Shown here: positions 8,669 to 14,888 of the stretch, piece by piece
Layout of the letters: the number at the start of each line of letters is the position of its first letter
Numbering within the stretch: the stretch's first letter is position 1
Made by a program: the position numbers and the translations under genes
Source of the DNA: Candidatus Saccharimonadota bacterium
Lineage (GTDB): Bacteria > Bacteroidota > Bacteroidia > Cytophagales > Amoebophilaceae
Assembly: GCF_003351905.1 (NCBI RefSeq)
Contig: NZ_CP022339.1
Span: 570,001 to 602,000 of the forward strand
Direction of reading: 5' to 3'
DNA length: 32,000 nucleotides
The notes under the pieces: generated by a model
The model's input: only the letters and a program-made list of their open reading frames with translations
What the model was told of the DNA's origin: nothing
Databases searched by the model: none

Positions 8669-9250
8669 ATGCAATATAAAATAAAGCAGTTGGTATGGTT
8701 CTTTTTGATGGGCCTTATGGTATGGATGAAGGTTCATGCGGCACCTTCCTCTACTTTGAAAAAGTTGAAGAAAGGCATCTATGAAGAAAATCTTGTGGTA
8801 TACAGGATTGAATTTTGCAAACAGCCTAAGGCGGTCAAAAAAGCACCACCTATGCCATTGGTCTGTTTATTGGACCAAAGCGACCATTTGGCCCAACGTT
8901 TGGCACAACGCAAGGCAGCTTATCTAGATAGGCATAGCTTAAAAGGGTATACCATACAGCTTTATATGGGTGGCAGTAGAACCGCAGCATTAAAAGCCCA
9001 AGAGTTGGGGCGTACCTTTTCCTACCCTGCTAAGTTACATTACAGGCAACCCCATTATACCGTTCAACTTGGGTTTTTTTTAGATCGGCTAGAGGCCTAT
9101 TTGGTCTATTTGAATGTAGTAAGCAAAATAACGCATGCCATGATTCGACCTTGTATGCGCACTAGAGAGGCCTACTTAGCCGATAATGTAGGCCCTCCTA
9201 CCACTGAGGCCTCCAAAGAGATAGTAGGGGATGCTTTGCCTGTAAAATAA
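8669..9250 (+). CDS. Secreted SPOR-domain (peptidoglycan-binding) protein
   Basis: N-terminal signal-like segment (FFLMGLMVWMKVHA). The C-terminal half, YTIQLYMGGSRTAALKAQELG...YRQPHYTVQLGFFLDRLEAYLVY, fits the SPOR pattern. Confidence 0.6.
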   Translation: MQYKIKQLVWFFLMGLMVWMKVHAAPSSTLKKLKKGIYEENLVVYRIEFCKQPKAVKKAPPMPLVCLLDQSDHLAQRLAQRKAAYLDRHSLKGYTIQLYMGGSRTAALKAQELGRTFSYPAKLHYRQPHYTVQLGFFLDRLEAYLVYLNVVSKITHAMIRPCMRTREAYLADNVGPPTTEASKEIVGDALPVK

Positions 9251-9363
9251 TGATGGTAAGGATGCATTTAATGCAATCATGCACGCTATTCAATATTTTT
9301 GGTTATTTTTGATCCTATATTGGTCTGCACTTTTGCGACAGCAAAATAAATCACCCCTTTAAA

Positions 9364-10581
9364 GTGGCCGTGGTGCCCACTAATAGGGATCAATATAATA
9401 TTTATATGACAATGGTTTTTAGTATGTTTCGGTTCAGATATTTGTTTTTTATATGGTTGTCATTGGCTTCCTTTGCAGGTCTTCGTCGCAATCACCCTAC
9501 CAGTCAATCTCCCGGTAAGGTAAGCCAGACGACAGGGCGTCCTTTTAACCAGCCAGATACCCTTTCGGTAGTTCCTTGTAAGGCAAGGCCACCTATTCCA
9601 GGTATGGTCTATATTGAGGGAGGGTATATGATCATGGGTAACTTAGGTGAAGATAAACTGGGTACAGGGGGTTGTTGTGCCAAGCCTGTTACCGTTAATT
9701 CTTTTTGGATGGATGAAACACCTGTTACCAATTTGGCCTATAGAGAATACCTCTATGATTTGAAACAGCGTGGCTTGATGGAACAATATCAGGCTGCTAT
9801 GCCCAATCAGCAAGTTTTTATAGAGCACTTTAGCTACAATGACCCATTGGTAGACAATTATTTATATGCACCTGGTTTTATGTACTATCCTGTTGTGGGC
9901 GTCAGTTGGGAGCAAGCTATGAAATATTGTGCGTGGCGGACCGAGAAACTTCATGAGGCGATTAAGAAACGCAAAGGAAGTCCAGTTCCCGATCCTGATC
10001 CTGATGCGGGATCCTCGAATGGTGAAGATGAACCAAAGTTTATGGTTCGGTTGCCTACTGAAGTAGAATTTGAATATGCTGCGCGTGGTGTAGTGGGCGC
10101 ACCGGATATAAGCTATTTACAAAGTCATCAGCGCAACTACCCTTGGGATGGATCTTCTCCAAGAGGAAAAAATGGTCGGTTTTTAGCTAATTTTAAGCGC
10201 GGTAAAGGCAATTATAAGGGAATGGCTGGTGAATCTGACCATTCGGCACCAACTTCTAACGTCTATGCCTACCCTCCTAATGCAGTTGGTCTTCGCGATA
10301 TAATGGGTAATGTCTGTTGTTGGACACTTGATACCTATAGGCGCATACAAGATACAAGTGATTTAAATCCAGTTAGGCGTGATGGTTTTTTGGATCCTGC
10401 TGCGCACTATAGTGCAACCCATAAGGCTTCCCTGGTGAATGATGATGCAAAAGTCTATAAAGGCTGTTCTTGGGCAGACTGTGCCTATTTTTTACAAATA
10501 GGTACCCGCCGGTATTTGAATAAAGATTCGGCTACGGCTACCATTGGTTTCCGGTGTGTGGTTTCCAGCTTAGGGCAGTAA
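9364..10581 (+). CDS. FGE-sulfatase/SUMF1-fold protein, GldJ/GldK-like
   Basis: GMVYIEGGYMIMG, FWMDETPVTNLAYREY, YPVVGVSWEQAMKYCAWR, LPTEVEFEYAARG, GNVCCWT and FRCV are the spaced motifs of the formylglycine-generating-enzyme fold used by Bacteroidota GldJ/GldK. The track start is GTG. The ATG at 9406, followed by a hydrophobic leader, is a more likely start. Confidence 0.7.
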   Translation: MAVVPTNRDQYNIYMTMVFSMFRFRYLFFIWLSLASFAGLRRNHPTSQSPGKVSQTTGRPFNQPDTLSVVPCKARPPIPGMVYIEGGYMIMGNLGEDKLGTGGCCAKPVTVNSFWMDETPVTNLAYREYLYDLKQRGLMEQYQAAMPNQQVFIEHFSYNDPLVDNYLYAPGFMYYPVVGVSWEQAMKYCAWRTEKLHEAIKKRKGSPVPDPDPDAGSSNGEDEPKFMVRLPTEVEFEYAARGVVGAPDISYLQSHQRNYPWDGSSPRGKNGRFLANFKRGKGNYKGMAGESDHSAPTSNVYAYPPNAVGLRDIMGNVCCWTLDTYRRIQDTSDLNPVRRDGFLDPAAHYSATHKASLVNDDAKVYKGCSWADCAYFLQIGTRRYLNKDSATATIGFRCVVSSLGQ

Positions 10582-10603
10582 TAGATGCTGGGTCAGCCTA
10601 TTT

Positions 10604-11299
10604 TTAGGCTTCTACTACCGCTATGGTGGCAATGCTTACTTGGGCTACACCTGCCGCTAAAAGCGCATGGGTGCAAGCGGTCAAGGTCGCTCCTGTAGTG
10701 AGAATATCATCCACCAGCAGCAGGTGTTTGCCTGCTAGTAAACCTGCGTCTATAACTTTAAAGGCATCTTTAAGGTTGGCGATACGTTCTATTTTATTTT
10801 TGGTTGTTTGGGAGGGCGTATAACGGGTCCGTGCTATGCATGCTGTGTACAAAGGCATGTTTAGTGCAGCGGAGAGTCCTTTTGCAAAAAAATCACTCTG
10901 GTTATAGCCCCGTTCTTTGAGTCGTTTGGGGTGCAGTGGAACCGCTACAATTCCATCGATGGATGGCATCATCGGTGCCTGATGTAAGATCTGGCCATAG
11001 CGTTGCCCTAGCATCTGTCCGATTTTGGGTTGGTTTTTATACTTCATAGCAAAGAGTACTTGTTCAAGATGGCTCTTCTTTCTTAACTTGTAAAGCGAAA
11101 ATCCATAGGCTATGGTCACTTTACCTATAAAGTAGTTGGTAATAAGGTTGTCTACTAATGTATGCGCGTTGGTTTCTGGAAATGCACTCAAACAAATGGT
11201 ACAAACCCATGTTTCTCCCTGAATCAGTTTATGGTTGCATCCCACGCATAGGGGTGGAAAAAACAAATCCAATAGCCCAGCGATCAATCGTTTCATCAT
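10604..11299 (-). CDS. comF: ComF-family phosphoribosyltransferase-like protein
   Basis: N-terminal double CxxC (CVGC...CTIC), a central HP.RL.ERGYNQS motif, and the C-terminal PRT motif LLLVDDILTTGATL. Confidence 0.8.
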   Translation of the reverse strand: MMKRLIAGLLDLFFPPLCVGCNHKLIQGETWVCTICLSAFPETNAHTLVDNLITNYFIGKVTIAYGFSLYKLRKKSHLEQVLFAMKYKNQPKIGQMLGQRYGQILHQAPMMPSIDGIVAVPLHPKRLKERGYNQSDFFAKGLSAALNMPLYTACIARTRYTPSQTTKNKIERIANLKDAFKVIDAGLLAGKHLLLVDDILTTGATLTACTHALLAAGVAQVSIATIAVVEA

Positions 11300-11334
11300 A
11301 TAGAAGTATGTGTTCAGCGCATTGGTTTTTATTA

Positions 11335-11387
11335 GGCATCTGTTCCAATCACTGGTTTTTTGTCCACTTTTTTATCAAGAAAAAAGC
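11335..11387 (+). repeat. Dispersed repeat copy C, left part (interrupted by IS110)
   Basis: ggcatctgttccaatcactggttttttgtccacttttttatcaagaaaaaag matches the reverse strand of 18600-18722, with an internal deletion of about 65 nt. Homology stops exactly at 11387. Confidence 0.6.
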
Positions 11388-11397
11388 TATTATCTTA

Positions 11398-12098
11398 CTA
11401 TGCAAGTTTTTTAGTCATTTTGTACTCGTTTTTGATACTTTTGACGAAGCTTCTTTTTTGTTGTATAAGCTTATGCGCCAGCTCTAGGAGCTTCCTCATA
11501 CATGCTACGATAGCCACTTTTTTAGGCTTATATTTACCTACTAATCTATCATAGCATTCTTTTAAATATAGGAACCACTTTTTCCCTGCTAATACAGCCA
11601 TATACAGTGCATCTCGTGGTATTTTCCTTCCTCCCCTAATAAATCTTTTTCCCTGTTTTTTCCCACTATCAGCCGCATATGGTGCTATACCTACTAAAGC
11701 TGATAGTTGATTACTACTGTAGCTTCTATCACCTAATTCAGGTAAAAAACTGACTAATTTAGTGGCTAAACATTTCCCGATTCCTGGAATGGTTTCTAGT
11801 ATATTAGCCTTTTCGTCTAGATCCTTATCAGTAGTTATGGTTTTATTTAACGCTTTATCAATAATTTTTATTTCTTTTTCTAAAAAATCGATATGCCTTT
11901 CTATGCTTTCTTTATCTATATTAGTCTGGCTATGGTGTAACCGTTTCTTTTCATTGCTTAATGTAGCTACCAGCTCTTCTCTTCTTTGTTGTTGCCTTTT
12001 AAGCCGATCTGTTGTAATATAATAGCTGTAATTAGCTTTCAATCCCCTTTCCTGTCCATAGCGAGCTAGTTTAAAAGGTAGAGTAGAGCACTGGCGCG
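11398..12098 (-). CDS. IS110-family transposase, 3' exon (downstream of group II intron)
   Basis: The C-terminal block IPGIGKCLATKL...LVGIAPYAADSGKKQGKRFIRGGRKIPRDALYMAVLAG...KPKKVAIVACMRKLLE is Transposase_20-like. The frame stays open upstream of the track TTG start back to the intron 3' end (ARQCSTLPFKLARYGQERGLKANY). Confidence 0.75.
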
Positions 12099-12192
12099 GT
12101 GAAGTATAGGACCAGGTTTATCCGTGTCCATCGTTTCCGATTTCGTGCCTAAATAACCCAATCTCTCTTTCCCGTTTCCAGCACCCCCTCGT

Positions 12193-12226
12193 CGCACCGT
12201 ACGTGAGGTTTTCCCTCATACGGCGC
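12193..12226 (-). ncRNA. Group II intron domain V
   Basis: The reverse strand, GCGCCGUAUGAGGGAAAACCUCACGUACGGUGCG, folds as the canonical two-helix hairpin with an AC bulge and a GAAA-type loop. It matches the consensus ..GCCGUAU....GAAA....ACGUACGG... Confidence 0.85.
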
Positions 12227-12249
12227 ACGGATCGTCTTCTTCGTCTGCA

Positions 12250-13548
12250 TTACGTCCATCTGTATCGCACCCGATAAGCTCCTACATTGACTAATTTGTA
12301 CACTTTGTGGAGCTTCTCGTCGGGGAGTTCCTTATACCCGTTCTTCCTACTCCCTTTCTTTTTCATGATAAATCTTCTCAGACGCCTGTTTGCATGCCCT
12401 TGTACTTTCCTAAATCTCCTAGAACTGGCCGTGTGACGGTAATACTCCGTCCACCCCAGTAAGGATGCGTTTAAGTCTTTAACAATAGTTTCAACACTTT
12501 CGTGCAACCGGTTCCGATAGGTCAATTGCGTGACTTTCTTAATAATCCGCTTGATTGCATCAGGTGTAGGATACATATGGGTAACGGGTTTCTGATATCT
12601 TGGCGAGTATCCCCTTTTAAAGGCATACCCTAAGAAATTGAAACCTTCTTCGGCCGTGGTCATTCGACTCTTTTCTTCATTGATCGAAAGGCCCAAGCGT
12701 TGCAGATACCCACATAAAATACCCAAAATCTTCTCTACCGGTTTATTCGACACTATCACGAGATCGTCCGCATAGCGGACAATCTGTGCATTCCACCCAT
12801 TCCTTTCGGTCATCCGCTTGACCCATACTGTGTCTAGCAGATTCAGGTATATATTAGAAAGTAAGGGCGAAATGGGGGACCCTTGAGGGGATCCTTGTCG
12901 AGTAGCAACTTCTTCGCCTTTAAGGACTCCTGAGCGAAGCCAGGCTTGTATTAACTTTAGAACATACCTATCACTGATTCGCTTTTGAATGACTTTCATA
13001 AGCTTATCGTGTGGGATTGAGTCAAAGTATCGCTTCAAATCAATATCTAAAACTTGGGTGAGCCCGTAATTAAGCCATTTATATATTGATAGACTTGCAT
13101 GGACTGCGGATCGTTTAGGTCGAAACCCAAATGAGCATTCTTGGAAGTCTGCTTCAAAAATTGGCTCTATAACAAGACGGGTTGCAGTTTGTACTAAGCG
13201 GTCCTTAATCGTGGGCACTCCCAAGATTCTTATTCCTCCTTTCGGTTTGGGTATTTCCACGCGCTTTGTCTTATTGCTTCGGTAGCTTCCTGATTCCAGT
13301 TCTTTTTGAACTTGTCCAAGAAACGCTTCTTCCCCTTGTTCTTTGATTTGTTCTATTGTTATTCCATCTATGCCTGGTGCCCCGTGATTTGCACAAACCT
13401 GTTTCCATGAACAGACCAGTACGTCCAATCTATATATTTTGTCATGAAGGGTGTAGAAGCTGCGTTTAGGATTAGACTTAGCAGATCGATAAAGTTCTCG
13501 CTGCAGTTCTCGGACGCTTTGTGCCATGTGGTTACCTTGCGGAATCAT
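12250..13548 (-). CDS. Group II intron-encoded reverse transcriptase/maturase (no obvious En domain)
   Basis: APGIDGITIE (RT0/1), RRVEIPKPKGGIRILGVPTIKDRLVQ (RT2), FGFRPKRSAVHA (RT3), VLDIDLKRYFDSIPH (RT4), VRYADDLVIV (RT5 YADD), then FLGY and GW..YYR of the X/maturase domain. The ORF is 432 aa. Confidence 0.92.
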   Translation of the reverse strand: MIPQGNHMAQSVRELQRELYRSAKSNPKRSFYTLHDKIYRLDVLVCSWKQVCANHGAPGIDGITIEQIKEQGEEAFLGQVQKELESGSYRSNKTKRVEIPKPKGGIRILGVPTIKDRLVQTATRLVIEPIFEADFQECSFGFRPKRSAVHASLSIYKWLNYGLTQVLDIDLKRYFDSIPHDKLMKVIQKRISDRYVLKLIQAWLRSGVLKGEEVATRQGSPQGSPISPLLSNIYLNLLDTVWVKRMTERNGWNAQIVRYADDLVIVSNKPVEKILGILCGYLQRLGLSINEEKSRMTTAEEGFNFLGYAFKRGYSPRYQKPVTHMYPTPDAIKRIIKKVTQLTYRNRLHESVETIVKDLNASLLGWTEYYRHTASSRRFRKVQGHANRRLRRFIMKKKGSRKNGYKELPDEKLHKVYKLVNVGAYRVRYRWT

Positions 13549-14074
13549 GGTATCTTTCCCTGTTTTGAAAACATGACGAAACTGAAGATCCTTCGCTCCG
13601 GTAAGGTTTTGTTGTCCTTGCCATCTTCACTACTACTATCTTCCCGACTTCCTGCACAGCATCGGAACGAACTTCGACTTGCGCCTTATATCCTTCCTTA
13701 CTCTTGGAACTTAAAGACCGTGCAGGATCTCCCACGTTTCTCCTCCTTTCTTTCCTACGTGCCGCCCCTGCTACGCCGGGAGATAAGTGACGGTTATTGA
13801 CCTGTTATCTTTCCGTCACTTTACAGCTTTCGCCCACCAGACGAGAGGCTCAGCATCTCCAATTCCCAGATTTCTCTGGTAAGACCTTCACGGCGCTACA
13901 TATAGGTTCCTTGCGTACGGCCCGCAGTTTGCGTAGCTCCTTGTACAGAGCCGTCGTCGAGTGGCTTCATCTACAAAAATTACTCTTTATAGATGCACTC
14001 CTCGCTACCTGGCCAACAGGCCTATTGCCAGGGTGGGACTTGCACCCACTAGAAAGGAGGCCTTCGTGGCACGC

Positions 14075-14372
14075 CATCGTGTTTATCCGTTTTACAGTGG
14101 TCTAGAGATTTACTAAATGAACTAAAAGTATATGTATTCACTTGATGTATGTGTACATTAGCGGCATACAATTTCTCACAAATGGCTCTTTCATATCCCC
14201 CAGTTGGTTCACATACTATAATTTTAACAGCTACTTGATCTAAATAATCTATAAGTTCCTTATGGCCCTGCTCATCGTTACGAAACCTTTTATATACAGA
14301 TTTAGCCTCTTGACTATAGAAACATGCATCCAGCCATGTTTTCCCTATATCTAAACCAAGTATTCTGTTCAT
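14075..14372 (-). CDS. IS110-family transposase, 5' exon (upstream of group II intron)
   Basis: MNRILGLDIGKTWLD is the DEDD first-Asp motif (GLDIGK), followed by IVCEPTGGYE and CKTDKHD. The track ORF runs on to 14049 only because it reads into the intron. Confidence 0.75.
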
Positions 14373-14712
14373 TTTATATTATATTTATTTATATTTCCTT
14401 ATTCTTATCGTACAAGACAGTTGTAGGCAACTTCTTCTGCTATTTGTTCAAAGAAAATAAAGGTAAGCAGGTACTTAAGCTTTTTTCGACTATTAACTAT
14501 ATAAAGTCCAGTGGGATACAAGTAACCTGCTACCTTTAAAATACAATCTTTTTAAATCTTAACTACATCTAGAATCTTTCTTAAGCTGTGTTTTTGATGG
14601 ATAACTAAAGTTATCCACAAAACCACAGCTTACCTACTACTATTTTTTACTATAAATTGAATATGATTCAAGCTACATCTATAGCTATATCTATCTAGTG
14701 CTAAGATATAAG
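14373..14712 (-). ncRNA. Candidate IS110 bridge RNA region (non-coding left end)
   Basis: This is the 340-nt non-coding left end upstream of the recombinase. 14510-14521 (AGTGGGATACAA) is identical to the flank 14711-14722. 14478-14487 is the reverse complement of the other junction at 11380-11389. The two segments are 22 nt apart around a short stem. A strong palindrome lies at 14583-14631. Confidence 0.4.
14583..14631. repeat. Imperfect palindrome of about 48 nt, same family as 315-362
   Basis: AAGCTGTGTTTTTGATGGATAACT aa AGTTATCCACAAAACCACAGCTT. It shares the TGGATAACT/AGTTATCCA core with 315-362. Confidence 0.85.
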
Positions 14713-14760
14713 TGGGATACAACTCATTATTAATCAGTATCGTGAACAGATACGAGTGAG
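14713..14760 (+). repeat. Dispersed repeat copy C, right part
   Basis: tgggatacaactcattattaatcagtatcgtgaacagatac aligns with the reverse strand of copy B (taaaaataaaactgccttaccaaccagtgtcgtgaagagacac), including the conserved hairpin. Confidence 0.55.
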
Positions 14761-14888
14761 GGGGGGGGAGAGGTATTAGCGTTATCTTTGCCTGTTCCTA
14801 ATCTATCCTCTAACCCATTACAATTTAAAAATTGTCAGATTAGAGCTTGACTACTACAGCGGAGTCAGTTTAAGGCCTGGGTTTTTTG

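Larger units (their letters stand above)
12099..14074 (-). mobile_element. Bacterial group II intron (boundaries +/- about 3 nt)
   Basis: A domain V hairpin lies at 12193-12226. The 3' end ...CCTATACTTCAC resembles the Ll.LtrB-type terminus. The RT/maturase ORF sits in the domain IV position. The 5' junction reads gatg|GCGTGCCACGAAGG. Removing exactly 1976 nt fuses the two IS110 exons in frame. By eye it is richer in GC than the flanks. Confidence 0.85.
11388..14712 (-). mobile_element. IS110-family insertion sequence (about 1.35 kb without the nested group II intron)
   Basis: Boundaries are inferred from the interrupted repeat. Homology to uninterrupted copies A and B ends at 11387 and resumes at 14713. 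In IS sense both junctions carry CT(T). The layout is a 340-nt left end, then the transposase gene, then a 10-nt right end. Confidence 0.7.

Noticed and set aside
10595-10610. AGCCTA tttt TAGGCT hairpin between the convergent gldJ-like gene and comF as a bidirectional terminator
   Set aside because: It has only a 6-bp AT-containing stem, overlaps the comF stop codon and lacks a clear U-tract on either side, which is too weak to annotate.
11158-11554. Plus-strand ORFs 11158-11487 and 11360-11554
   Set aside because: They run antisense to comF and the IS110 transposase and cross the repeat/IS junction. They are low-complexity with no motifs.
12250-13548. The reverse transcriptase as a defence-type RT (retron, DRT or Abi)
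   Set aside because: It is flanked by a canonical group II domain V and intron termini and carries the maturase (X) motifs, so it is an intron-encoded protein rather than a stand-alone defence RT.
13444-14105. ORFs 13444-13800 (+), 13532-13735 (-) and 13797-14105 (+)
   Set aside because: They lie in the 5' RNA portion (domains I-III) of the group II intron. They have no recognisable motifs and overlap one another, so they are most likely chance ORFs in GC-richer structured RNA.
14609-14620. Perfect DnaA-box-like 9-mer TTATCCACA (and TTATCCATA at 344-352) as a possible origin of replication
   Set aside because: These are single boxes embedded in the arms of the IS-associated palindromes, not a cluster. 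There is no adjacent AT-rich unwinding element or dnaA gene. The palindrome-family explanation is simpler.
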